From NCBI GenBank assembly GCA_021513715.1, contig CP084167.1:3262784-3326783 (forward strand): a DNA stretch of 64,000 bases. The letters run 5' to 3'. This document shows positions 1-9,490 of this stretch, piece by piece. The position numbers were made by a program, and so were the translations under genes. This DNA comes from Candidatus Heimdallarchaeum endolithica (lineage in GTDB: Archaea > Asgardarchaeota > Heimdallarchaeia > Heimdallarchaeales > Heimdallarchaeaceae). Every line of letters starts with the position of its first letter. Within the stretch, counting starts at the first letter, position 1. Below the pieces are notes generated by a model that had not been told where the DNA came from, did no database searches, and worked only from the letters and a program-made list of their open reading frames with translations.

Positions 1-733
1 ACTCAAAAATAGACATAAGAGTAGGGATTCCTACGATTATAAATTGCGTTTTCTCCTCATCCATTAATGTCTCTCTTGCTACAAGTATTTTCTCTTTTAA
101 TTTTTCTAAGTTCTCTATTGTTCTGTCTTTTTCTACATTTCCACCAAAAAAAGACTTGATCATTGCCATTGTGTTTGAAATGAATGTCTTCATTTTCAGC
201 ATTCTACCAATGAATGAGTCTAAAAATTCTGGAATGTTAAGTAGTCTCAGTGTGTGCCCAGTGGGTGCAGTATCAAGTACAATTGTATCAAATTCTTCAT
301 TATCTGCATATTCAAGGATTTTAGCAAAAGAAAGAGCTTCATCCATTCCAGGAGGAGGAATCGATTTTATATCTTGATCTATCCCTCTCATCGCTTCCAT
401 TCCAGGAATAGACATTAGACTTGAAAATTGTTCAGCATCAAAGGAATCTCCTAGAGCTTTTGTTAATTCATCTCCTGTAGATTCAGGGTTGATTTCTAAA
501 GCATATAGCTCTCCTTTTACACCTTTTACTTTTGTTACAGTTCCAGAAGAAAAATCTAAGTCGAAAGAGTCTGAAATACTATGTGCAGGATCAGTTGAAA
601 CTAGTAAAGTTTTCTTTCCCTCTTCAGCTAGAGCTATTGAAATTGCAGAAGCTATTGATGTTTTTCCTACTCCTCCTTTTCCTCCAACTAAGATGAACTT
701 AAGGTCTTTTTCTAATAAATCCTTGATTGTCAT
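1..733 (-). CDS. Get3/TRC40/ArsA-family ATPase (3' end runs off the window; absent from ORF track)
   Basis: Manual translation from ATG at 733: MTIKDLLEKDLKFILVGGKGGVGKTS (P-loop), STDPAHS (switch I), PGMDEA, DTAPTGHTLRLL (switch II), followed by a Met-rich segment RMLKMKTFISNTMAMIK resembling the Get3 insert. Confidence 0.9.
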   Translation of the reverse strand, partial: MTIKDLLEKDLKFILVGGKGGVGKTSIASAISIALAEEGKKTLLVSTDPAHSISDSFDLDFSSGTVTKVKGVKGELYALEINPESTGDELTKALGDSFDAEQFSSLMSIPGMEAMRGIDQDIKSIPPPGMDEALSFAKILEYADNEEFDTIVLDTAPTGHTLRLLNIPEFLDSFIGRMLKMKTFISNTMAMIKSFFGGNVEKDRTIENLEKLKEKILVARETLMDEEKTQFIIVGIPTLMSIFE

Positions 734-844
734 TGTTATAGTTAAAAAATTGACTCTTATTTAAAGATAAATATTAGTGATTGATAGAACTTTTAATCAA
801 AATGAAAAAATCATAAAAATGAGAATAGACTAAAAAAAACGAAG

Positions 845-1606
845 TTATTTTCTGCGTTTTCTTTTCTTAATTTTTCTTTTTTGTTCTTGTTTAGTCTTTT
901 GTGGTTTTTTGACTAATGGAGAAATCTTTTTTGAACTTCTTCTTCGTTTATGGATTTTTTGTATAGCGAATAAATCAACAATAATTATAGCTGTAAATAC
1001 TCCGATTATACCTAGTACAAAGAAGAATAAGTTTAACCATTTTTCTGAATCGATAACTTCTACGTTTTCAGGTAAAATGACATGTAATGAATATCTTTGA
1101 GAGTATGACTTATACATAACACTATTTTCATCATAGTAGTTTATTTCTGTGGCTTCTAAAGTAAAGTTCCCTTCAACTAGTGGTTGAATATAATAAGTGT
1201 AAACAAAGCTAGCATTTATTTCAACTTGAATATACTTCTGTTTTGTCAAATTAAAAGTTGAAACTGCCCACTCCTCAAAGTTCGGTTCAGTAATGGAAAG
1301 ATTGTAAGCTGTTCTATTTCCAATATTTGTTATATTTAGATCTATCCTTATCCATTGTAAAGGTTCAAGTTCAGTAACATTAATGACTTTCTTTATAGCT
1401 AAAAGTGGTCTACTAGGTAATGTGTCATTTGTGTCATTTATTGCTAAATATGGTCGGTAATAATTTCTTCCTAGTTCCTGTGCTTTTTGAACATTATTAT
1501 TGTTTATTACAATGTTGGAACCATTAACAAATGAAGAATTTACAGCTAAAACTAACATCACAATCAATACAAATCGTAAATACTTTCTTTCGGGCATATG
1601 TTTCAT
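845..1606 (-). CDS. Single-pass membrane protein with Ig-like lumenal domain, TRAP-beta (SSR2)/BatD-like
   Basis: Signal peptide; LLAIKKV..LNITNIGNRTAYNLSITE..YTYYIQPLVEGNFTLEATEINY resembles the TRAP-beta pattern; many N-x-S/T sequons; C-terminal TM followed by a basic tail. Confidence 0.6.
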   Translation of the reverse strand: MKHMPERKYLRFVLIVMLVLAVNSSFVNGSNIVINNNNVQKAQELGRNYYRPYLAINDTNDTLPSRPLLAIKKVINVTELEPLQWIRIDLNITNIGNRTAYNLSITEPNFEEWAVSTFNLTKQKYIQVEINASFVYTYYIQPLVEGNFTLEATEINYYDENSVMYKSYSQRYSLHVILPENVEVIDSEKWLNLFFFVLGIIGVFTAIIIVDLFAIQKIHKRRRSSKKISPLVKKPQKTKQEQKRKIKKRKRRK

Positions 1607-1803
1607 TATCCTTTTATTGCTTATGGAGCATGAAATAATCTCGTTTAAATATTTTGCTCTTGGAACTAGAAATAAGGTATGCTTTATTTGTTTTATCCTC
1701 TACTTTTTTTCCAATATTGTAGTATCCTAATAATTTTTAGAATCAAAGTATTTTATGATAAAAGAACATAGTAACAATTATAAAAAAGTGTATTTGTTTT
1801 AAA

Positions 1804-2703
1804 TTGAGAGCAATGACTGTTAAAATTCTATGTGATACTAGTGCTGATTTGAATCAACCTAATGATCAAACAATTTATGACCAATATAACATTGGCACTT
1901 TTCCAATGCATGTTATTTTTGGGACAGATGATTATAGAGAGCTAGTTGATATAAAAACCTCAGAATTTAGAAAAAAAATCTATGAAACAGAAGTTCATCC
2001 TACTACTTCTCAACCGACACAATTTGATATTTTAACACAATTTGAGAATTATGGGAAAGAATATGATGAAATAATTTCTTTTCATATTTCTTCTAAATTA
2101 AGTGGAAGTTATTCTAATGCTAAAATAGCGAAAAGAATGTACGAAAAATCGAACAAAGAACATGCTAAAGTCTATTTAGTTGATAGTTTACTTGCAAGTT
2201 CTGCTTTTGGAATAGTTGTAGTTAAAGCAGCAAAAATGGCTGAAAAAGGTTTGTCTGGACAAGAAATAGTTGATGAAGTAAATAAATGGAAAAAAAATAA
2301 CATTGTTGTTTATTTTACAGTAGAAAACTTGGAGTGGTTATATCGCGGAGGTAGATTAAGTAAGACTAAATATTATTTAGGTAGTATGTTAAACAAAAAA
2401 CCAGTATTAACATTAGTTGATGGAGAAATAGTAAGTGCTAAAACTGTTTCAGGAATAGAAAAAACTTTTGATACAATAATTGATCTCGCTTTTAGCAGAT
2501 TTCAAGGAGTAGAGCAAGAAAGATTAATGTTCAACTTAATAGAATTTGACTATAAGGATGTAGTTGAAAACGTAATTCAAAAAACCAAAAATAAGTATCC
2601 TGATGCAAAAGAAGGAAAAGTGTTTGAAATGGGTGGAACAATTGCATCTCATACTGGTCCAAAAACTTTAGGATTTATTGTCTCCAAAGATTTTGATTTT
2701 TGA
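1804..2703 (+). CDS. DegV/FakB family fatty-acid-binding protein (copy 1)
   Basis: DTSADL, PTTSQP, ISSKLSGSY, LYRGGRLS, SHTGP motifs; likely start ATG 1813. Confidence 0.93.
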   Translation: MRAMTVKILCDTSADLNQPNDQTIYDQYNIGTFPMHVIFGTDDYRELVDIKTSEFRKKIYETEVHPTTSQPTQFDILTQFENYGKEYDEIISFHISSKLSGSYSNAKIAKRMYEKSNKEHAKVYLVDSLLASSAFGIVVVKAAKMAEKGLSGQEIVDEVNKWKKNNIVVYFTVENLEWLYRGGRLSKTKYYLGSMLNKKPVLTLVDGEIVSAKTVSGIEKTFDTIIDLAFSRFQGVEQERLMFNLIEFDYKDVVENVIQKTKNKYPDAKEGKVFEMGGTIASHTGPKTLGFIVSKDFDF

Positions 2704-2767
2704 TTTTTTTTGATTTTCTTTTTTGGAAAAAGATTTATTCAACACATTTTAAGTTAGTTTGAAATAG

Positions 2768-3676
2768 ATGACAATAAAGATTTTGTGTGATACATCAGCT
2801 GATCTTGTCTTACATCCAAATAAGCCATTGTATGATTCTCTAGATGTTGGAATCCTTCCTATGAAGGTTTTCTTTGATAAAAATGATACTTTTTTAGAAC
2901 AAAAAAATATTAGTAATATACAATTTTATGAATTAATAAAACTATCTCAAACTCAACCTAAAACCTCTCCTCCTGCAGCTGATGATATTTTTAAGGAATT
3001 TCAAAGATATGGAAAAGAATATGATGAGCTGATTTCTTTACACATTTCTAAGGATTTAAGCCATACATATATTAATGCTGTTGAAGCTAAAAAAAGATAT
3101 TTAAAAACTGAATCAAATCCTGCTAGAATAAATATTATTCATAGTGGTGTAGCCAGTCTACCTCTAGGAAAACTAGTGCTCAAAGCAGTTGAACTCAAAA
3201 ATAAAGGTTATGAAGTTTCAGAGATTATAAAACAGCTATACTCTTGGAAAGAAAATAGTGTTAAATCTGCTTTTACTGTTAAGGATTTAAACTGGTTATA
3301 CGAAGGAGGAAGACTAACAAGGTCTCAGAAAACAATAGGTACAATACTAAACAAGAAACCGGTGCTCACTTTTGATCATGGAAAAATCAATGTTATAGGT
3401 TACTCAACAGGTCTGGAACGAACATTGCGATTTATGGTTAAATATCTTATATCCAAGATGGAAGAAGAGAAAATGAATAAACTTACAATGTCTTTTATTA
3501 CTGCACATAATTTTGGGTTAATAGACGACTTTTCAAGAGTTATAAAAAAAGAATTTCCAAAAATTAATTTAGGTCCTAAATTTGAGCTAGGTGCAACAAT
3601 TACTAGTCATACAGGAATGGAAACAATAGGTTTTGTAATTTCTCGTGACTTGAAATTAGATACTCTAATAAAATAA
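2768..3676 (+). CDS. DegV/FakB family protein (copy 2)
   Basis: DTSADL, PKTSPP, ISKDLSHTY, GGRL, SHTG motifs. Confidence 0.9.
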   Translation: MTIKILCDTSADLVLHPNKPLYDSLDVGILPMKVFFDKNDTFLEQKNISNIQFYELIKLSQTQPKTSPPAADDIFKEFQRYGKEYDELISLHISKDLSHTYINAVEAKKRYLKTESNPARINIIHSGVASLPLGKLVLKAVELKNKGYEVSEIIKQLYSWKENSVKSAFTVKDLNWLYEGGRLTRSQKTIGTILNKKPVLTFDHGKINVIGYSTGLERTLRFMVKYLISKMEEEKMNKLTMSFITAHNFGLIDDFSRVIKKEFPKINLGPKFELGATITSHTGMETIGFVISRDLKLDTLIK

Positions 3677-3796
3677 TCGGTTCTAACTCTATTTATTGTG
3701 AATAGAATATATTTAGAATTAGAATTTGCAATTTTTAGGAGCTTTTTTTCTTAAAAAAGATTTAAAAAAAAGTGTTTTATTTACAATTGAAAACAA

Positions 3797-4687
3797 ATGA
3801 CAGTAAAGATAATGACTGATAGTGCAGCAGATATTCCTGAATATTTACTAAAGGAGAATGATATATCTACAGTTCCTACAGTAATCAGATTTGGTGATGA
3901 CGTTTACTATGAAAATAAAGATATAACATTGGAACGATACTATGAACTCTTTCACACTCATCCAGTTCCTCCTCAAACAGCTAATCCTACTTTAGCTGAT
4001 GATTTTGAGTTATACAAAAAACTAGGCGAAGAAGCTGATGAAGTAATAAATATAGTTATTTCTAGTGGTATCTCTGGTTCGTTTAACACTTCTAATGCTG
4101 CTTTGAAAATGTATGAAAAGAGAGTAAAGGATAGTGCAAAAGTATATGTTTTTGATTCTCATTTTGCTACAATGGGTATAGGTGTCCAAGCTCTAAAGGC
4201 TGCAGAGATGGCTAAAGAGGGGTATAATGCAACAGAAATACTTGCAATGTTAGAAGAGTATAGAGAAAAACTAGCTGTTGCTTTTACTGTAGATAATTTA
4301 GAGTATCTACACAGAGGAGGTAGATTGTCTAAATCTAAATTCTGGATAGCAAAATTAGCTGACTTACATCCTGTGATCACTTTTATAGATGGAAAAATGG
4401 AAGTAGAAAAAACATCAAGAGGATACGATAATGCAATGGAAAAAGCTTTTGATCTATCTTGGGAGAAAATAAACAAAGCTAAAAAATTCAATGCTTATAT
4501 TTGCTACGGAGAAAATAAAGATCATGCTCTCTATATGAGAGATTATATTCAAGATAAAATAGATGCTGAATATAATATTGAAATATATCAAGTAGGTGCA
4601 ACAATAATTACACACACAGGCCCAGAAGTAAGTGGGATATTGCTTGATCCTTACAATGAAAAGCTCTATAAAGCATCTAATAAATAG
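3797..4687 (+). CDS. DegV/FakB family protein (copy 3)
   Basis: DSAADI, PQTANP, ISSGISGS, LHRGGRLS, THTGP motifs. Confidence 0.93.
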   Translation: MTVKIMTDSAADIPEYLLKENDISTVPTVIRFGDDVYYENKDITLERYYELFHTHPVPPQTANPTLADDFELYKKLGEEADEVINIVISSGISGSFNTSNAALKMYEKRVKDSAKVYVFDSHFATMGIGVQALKAAEMAKEGYNATEILAMLEEYREKLAVAFTVDNLEYLHRGGRLSKSKFWIAKLADLHPVITFIDGKMEVEKTSRGYDNAMEKAFDLSWEKINKAKKFNAYICYGENKDHALYMRDYIQDKIDAEYNIEIYQVGATIITHTGPEVSGILLDPYNEKLYKASNK

Positions 4688-4693
4688 GATTGT

Positions 4694-5422
4694 ATGTTAT
4701 CCTTTGATGCTTTTTTCTTTGACTTAGATGGAACATTAATAGATTTCAATCCTAATGAATTTGTGAAAATCTATTTAGGAGCTGCTGCAAGGTATTTCAA
4801 GGATTTGATACCAGATAGTGATTATTTTGTTAAATCAATATTAGATTCAACAAAAGTAATGGAAATGGCAGATACTCCAAAAAAATTAGCGTTATATGAT
4901 TTCTTTGATGATTTTTGTCAAAAATTCAATCTTGATTGTTCTACTATAATCCAGAGATTTAGGAATTTTTATAATACTGACTTTAATGTAGTAGAAAAAA
5001 TTATTCACCCCATCCCACATGCTGAAAAAGTTCTTTTATTTATTAGAGACAATTATCCAACAAGTAAAATTGTTTTATCTACTAATCCAGTTTTTCCAGA
5101 GGTGGCTATAGTTAAAAGATTAAACTGGGGGGGATTATCAGAAAATCTATTTGATTATATTACCAACGCTGAGAATAGTTATTATTGTAAAGGTTCTCTA
5201 AATTATTGGATAGAACTAGCAAAAAAACTTAATGTAAAACCTGAAAAAACATTAGTTATAGGGAATGATGGTGCGCGCGATATGATTGCTAAAAAGGCAG
5301 GTTTCAAAACTTACTTCTTAATACAAACAGCTGAAAATGAGCATTCATTGGAAAAGTACCCTCCAGACTATAAAGGGAGTTTAGCATCACTATTGGATTT
5401 ATTAAACAAAAAGAAAGACTAA
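4694..5422 (+). CDS. HAD-superfamily hydrolase
   Basis: FDLDGTL motif I, STNP motif II, IGND...D motif IV. Confidence 0.88.
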   Translation: MLSFDAFFFDLDGTLIDFNPNEFVKIYLGAAARYFKDLIPDSDYFVKSILDSTKVMEMADTPKKLALYDFFDDFCQKFNLDCSTIIQRFRNFYNTDFNVVEKIIHPIPHAEKVLLFIRDNYPTSKIVLSTNPVFPEVAIVKRLNWGGLSENLFDYITNAENSYYCKGSLNYWIELAKKLNVKPEKTLVIGNDGARDMIAKKAGFKTYFLIQTAENEHSLEKYPPDYKGSLASLLDLLNKKKD

Positions 5423-5468
5423 TAAGTCCTAAAAATAGCTTTTTCTTAGTTTATTAAATTGGGATTTC

Positions 5469-5539
5469 ATTCGCCTATGATGATGCAACGGTCTGCGATT
5501 CGAGAGAAAATGAACGCTGATGGGCGGGCTGAGGCGAAT
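5469..5539 (+). ncRNA. Box C/D 2'-O-methylation guide sRNA
   Basis: GC-rich island in an AT-rich intergenic region; terminal stem ATTCGCC(5469-75)/GGCGAAT(5533-39); box C ATGATGA 5477-83; box D CTGA 5529-32; D guide TGATGGGCGG complementary to conserved 16S CCGCCCGUCA. Confidence 0.82.
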
Positions 5540-5579
5540 TAAATATTTTATTTAATTAAAAAAAAAGAAAGATTTTTTC

Positions 5580-7289
5580 TTATTCTTTCACTGTTTCGAT
5601 AATTTCTTTATATTTGTAAAAAGCTAGTCTCTTGTGTCCATTTTCTGCTACTAATCCATTTAAATTAGCAGTGATGGTTCTGTCCATTAGAGGGTCACAT
5701 ATAAAACCAGTTATCTTCTGGTTATTTACTATTATTTCTAGTTGTCTAGCTAATGTTCCCGCTTGAATTCTTTCTCCATACATCATAGGTGAAAAACTAG
5801 TTGAACTAATCCACAAAGTCTTATTGGCTTGTTCTGTCACATTTAGGTATTCATTAAAATTAAGGTCTCTGTCTTGATAAACGTAAATATTAATTATTGC
5901 TAAATCAATTGTTGTAGAGTTCCATAAACCATCAAATAATCCATTGTCAATATCGTCTAATGTTACAGAAACTGCAACTTTTGTTTTATTAGAAAGAGAA
6001 TGAATTAAGTTCGCTGTATTATTTATTGTAAGTGTCCAATCATTGTTAGTTATGCTTTCTTCAGGGTCCATGAAATAAGTTTGAAAAACAATTGGCTGGG
6101 GATAGATTACAAGATAATCTGGTTCATAATTTTCAACAATCATTTGAGCCTCCATTTCTATTGTTCTACTGTAGTTTTCAAATGACTCGTAGGGATAGCT
6201 CCATGAAGCATTTCCATAGGCAAAAAGAGCAATTTTTAATCCTTCTGATTTAAGTACGTTAAGCATATTACCAAAAGATGTTTGATTTGCTAGAATAATA
6301 TCTGTTAGTACATCAATAGATACTGTATCTACTCCTAGTTCTTTTATAAGATCAAGTTCAAGAGAAAAAATTTCTTCATAGTTTGAAGGTAAAAAGGTTT
6401 GAAAGCTTCCTGTTCTGAGCGAAACAGCAAAATTGAAGTCATCTCTTTGTGAATATATTGGTTGATAGTTCCTTGAAGTATATTGACTTAAAGATGATAA
6501 TACTCCCACTCCAATCATACTAAATATTATTAAAAATAAGACAATGAAAACAAAGATACCTTTTACTCCATTATTAAGGAAAGTACCTATTCCTCTTTTT
6601 TGTTTTTTCTCTTCTACTTTTTCTATTCTTTCAAGAAAAACAGTGCTTTTCTTTTTTGAAGCTTTTTCTCCTTTCGCTTTCTTTTCTTTTATTTCTGTTT
6701 TAGAAACTTTTTTCTCTTCTTCTTCTTCTGAATTTTTTATTTTTCCTTTTTCAAATAAATCAATAGGGATTGCTATTGGAATTAATACAAATAGTGGATA
6801 CCAATAAGCTGTTCCTCCAGTGAAAAATAGAGCTTCAAGTAGTCCATATGAGATGGAAGGTATTGTTATAATCCAATTTAGAAAACGTGGAAGGTTGAAA
6901 GCAGTGTAAGAAGCGATCACATTTAGTAATATTAGAGTAGAATACAAAGCCATAAAACTGAAAATTATTCCCCCCATACGTTTTAGAAAATCTGTTTCAC
7001 TCTTAAAAATGTAGACCGTAGCAATAATGTTGTTTATTGATAGAAAAAGAAAACCAAAAAAGCCTAGAAAACCTGTAGAAGGTAAGTATAATCTTATGAA
7101 CCATATGAAAGAAGATAACGTTCCGATTGAAATTAGTGCAGATGAAACTAAAGACCAAATAAACTGTTTATCTCTTTTCTTTCTTGAAAAACCCTTGTAA
7201 AGTGTTTTTACCACTATTATCATATTAAAAATAAATGCGAGAAATATTAGTACTATCGCACCATTTGTCCCAAGTAAAGCTGCCATCAA
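5580..7289 (-). CDS. Multi-pass membrane protein with C-terminal glycoside-hydrolase-like (clan A-like) TIM-barrel domain
   Basis: About 5 N-terminal TMs, Lys/Glu-rich linker, one more TM, then LDLIKELGVDTVSI...YLVIYPQP...LWISSTS...GLVAENGHKRLAF; many sequons. Confidence 0.55.
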   Translation of the reverse strand: MMAALLGTNGAIVLIFLAFIFNMIIVVKTLYKGFSRKKRDKQFIWSLVSSALISIGTLSSFIWFIRLYLPSTGFLGFFGFLFLSINNIIATVYIFKSETDFLKRMGGIIFSFMALYSTLILLNVIASYTAFNLPRFLNWIITIPSISYGLLEALFFTGGTAYWYPLFVLIPIAIPIDLFEKGKIKNSEEEEEKKVSKTEIKEKKAKGEKASKKKSTVFLERIEKVEEKKQKRGIGTFLNNGVKGIFVFIVLFLIIFSMIGVGVLSSLSQYTSRNYQPIYSQRDDFNFAVSLRTGSFQTFLPSNYEEIFSLELDLIKELGVDTVSIDVLTDIILANQTSFGNMLNVLKSEGLKIALFAYGNASWSYPYESFENYSRTIEMEAQMIVENYEPDYLVIYPQPIVFQTYFMDPEESITNNDWTLTINNTANLIHSLSNKTKVAVSVTLDDIDNGLFDGLWNSTTIDLAIINIYVYQDRDLNFNEYLNVTEQANKTLWISSTSFSPMMYGERIQAGTLARQLEIIVNNQKITGFICDPLMDRTITANLNGLVAENGHKRLAFYKYKEIIETVKE

Positions 7290-7393
7290 TTTGTTTCTTA
7301 GTAAATATCTATTAAAATGTTGGGTTTCGCTTCATTTTTAGCCTTTTGAAAAATTTTGGTGCTTAAATAGTACGGTGACAGAGTACACTGAAA

Positions 7394-7768
7394 GTGTTGG
7401 CTATGTTCACTTATGAGCTAGAGGACGAATACTTAACATTCATCAAAGAGAGCATAAAGGAACATGTATTTCAATTACTTGATGAAAATAATGGAAAAAT
7501 ATCTCTAATGAAATTATTTGAGAAAATGATTCACATAAATAATCATTATTTGGCTCAGAAATTGAGAATCGATGCAGTATTACAAGAATTAGAACTACAA
7601 GGGATAATCGAAATAAAAAATAGGGAGATAAGAAGATTATCAATGGGAGTGTTTGATGAAACTGGCTTTAAAGAAGAATATGTGAAAAACTTTTATGAAA
7701 AGAGAAAAAAAGATGAAGAAATAAAAGAAATAATTAGAGTTCTTAGCCAAACTATACTTTCAGAATAA
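7394..7768 (+). CDS. Hypothetical protein (possible winged-helix)
   Basis: 124-aa ORF; VLQELELQGIIEI resembles a wHTH wing. Confidence 0.55.
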   Translation: MLAMFTYELEDEYLTFIKESIKEHVFQLLDENNGKISLMKLFEKMIHINNHYLAQKLRIDAVLQELELQGIIEIKNREIRRLSMGVFDETGFKEEYVKNFYEKRKKDEEIKEIIRVLSQTILSE

Positions 7769-7825
7769 AAAAAAATTTTTTACTAAAAGTTTTTATTTTG
7801 AAATCAGTAATAGTTCTATGATATT

Positions 7826-8707
7826 ATGTCTGAAGCAAATATACCTCGAATTGTTCTTGGTTCTGTATTATATCCTTATTTTGAGCGCATTCCACAGGAT
7901 CATATATTAAAAGATAAAGAAGAACTTGTTAAACTAGTTGAACGGTGTTACCACGCAGGAGCAAAAGCATTTTTATTTTATCTTTATAATAAAGAAATTG
8001 TTGAAATAACAAACAGTATTACTGAAAGTATTCCTGATATATTACCAATGTTTCTCATAAAGTTTGACAATATGGATCGCATCTTAAATCTTCTCAAAGA
8101 ACTCAATAAAAAGCCCTACATTTTATTTTTGTCATCAGAGATAAGTGATCAGAGAGATGCAGAACTTATCCAGCGATTTAAGAAAGCTTTAGGTAAGCAT
8201 GCTGAACATATAGGTATATATTCAAGAGAGCCAATAGGAACAGTTTCGCAGTTAATTACAAGTAATGGAGATATTGAACACTTTCTGATACCTTTTAATT
8301 TGTTGGGTTATGGTGTCCAGAACAGAGCTTTACTTGAAATGATTATAAACTCCTCTGAAAATATTTACTATAGTTCTAATCCTGTAGCTGATGGAAAATT
8401 AAAAGTAAGGCAAGCATTAGAATACATCTCGAATCATAATATTAAAGGGATTTTGGTAGAATTAGAAGATGAAGAAGATATGCTAGAAACGATAAAGTAT
8501 GGGCGATATTTCTTAGAAACAAAAGACTTTTTGCAAATAACGCTTGAATTTGAAGATATCACAGATGTATGTGAGTACTGTGGAATAGGAATGGAAAGAT
8601 ATTACCCACCAAGTAAAAGCGGGGGAAGTTACTTTTATTGTCCTTCATGTGGTCACACAAAACAAATAACTGAAGTAACATATCAAGAAGATAAAGAAAA
8701 AGAATAA
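7826..8707 (+). CDS. Hypothetical protein, degenerate aldo/keto-reductase-like barrel with C-terminal Zn ribbon
   Basis: IPRIVLGS start, HIGIYS, LIPFNLLG; C-terminal CEYC...CPSC. Confidence 0.55.
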   Translation: MSEANIPRIVLGSVLYPYFERIPQDHILKDKEELVKLVERCYHAGAKAFLFYLYNKEIVEITNSITESIPDILPMFLIKFDNMDRILNLLKELNKKPYILFLSSEISDQRDAELIQRFKKALGKHAEHIGIYSREPIGTVSQLITSNGDIEHFLIPFNLLGYGVQNRALLEMIINSSENIYYSSNPVADGKLKVRQALEYISNHNIKGILVELEDEEDMLETIKYGRYFLETKDFLQITLEFEDITDVCEYCGIGMERYYPPSKSGGSYFYCPSCGHTKQITEVTYQEDKEKE

Positions 8708-8870
8708 TTGAGTAGAAAAAAAGTCTAGTAGAAATAAAGAAAAAAGTTATCTAAATTCTAGCAAAAAGATATTTTTCTATTTTTTAGTTTATTATTCTTC
8801 GATTTAGTTCTGACTAATTGATTATATTAATAAAGTACAGTGTTTTCTTGTTGTTAGATAGGAAAAAGCG

Positions 8871-9467
8871 TTGGTAAGTATGGCTAGATGTAAATATTGT
8901 TATCGAACAATCCCTGATGAAGCAGAATTTTGCCCTTATTGTGGAAAAGAGAGACCTATAAGAAAAATAGTGGGTGAAATTGAGGGAATAACTAAAAAGG
9001 TAAAAGCTAAAATAGAAAAGAGAATTCCTACACTAAGGAAACAAGCTTTAGAGATATTAGAGCGATTGTCATCTAAAGCCAAACAAGCTTCTTTTCCTGG
9101 TTTTGTAGATAGATCAAAAGTTATCACCATTCTAAATGATTTAAAGTCTAAACTAGACGCTGAAACTGATCAATCCAAGATTCGAGAATACTCTGAATGG
9201 GCAAATTTGATTGAGCAGACTATTAGTGGAGAAAATTGTATAATTTGTTATCAACCATTTGATATTCATGATGGTGAGCATTTAGACGTCTCTCTCTGCC
9301 CTTCATGTCACTATGCTGCTCACAATAATCATTTTGAAGCTTGGTTAGATAAAAAAGCTATCTGTCCAATATGTAAGGCTTCAATCTCTAAAAATCAATT
9401 GGTTAAAGGGTATATTCAACTTAAAGAAGGGGAACTTGTTTTTACTTCTTCAGAAAAACAATTTTAA
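8871..9467 (+). CDS. Zn-ribbon plus RING-finger protein (putative E3 ubiquitin ligase)
   Basis: N-terminal CKYC..CPYC; C-terminal CIIC-x16-CPSC-x4-H-x2-H..W..CPIC. Confidence 0.75.
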   Translation: MVSMARCKYCYRTIPDEAEFCPYCGKERPIRKIVGEIEGITKKVKAKIEKRIPTLRKQALEILERLSSKAKQASFPGFVDRSKVITILNDLKSKLDAETDQSKIREYSEWANLIEQTISGENCIICYQPFDIHDGEHLDVSLCPSCHYAAHNNHFEAWLDKKAICPICKASISKNQLVKGYIQLKEGELVFTSSEKQF

Positions 9468-9490
9468 ATTCCCTTATTTTTATCCTCTTA

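Noticed and set aside
156-764. Plus-strand ORFs 156-377 and 489-764
   Set aside because: Antisense shadows of the Get3/ArsA gene on the minus strand. The same applies to the other short ORFs overlapping recognised genes throughout the window.
7360-7400. Slightly GC-rich intergenic stretch as a second sRNA
   Set aside because: No clear box C/D pair or stable stem.
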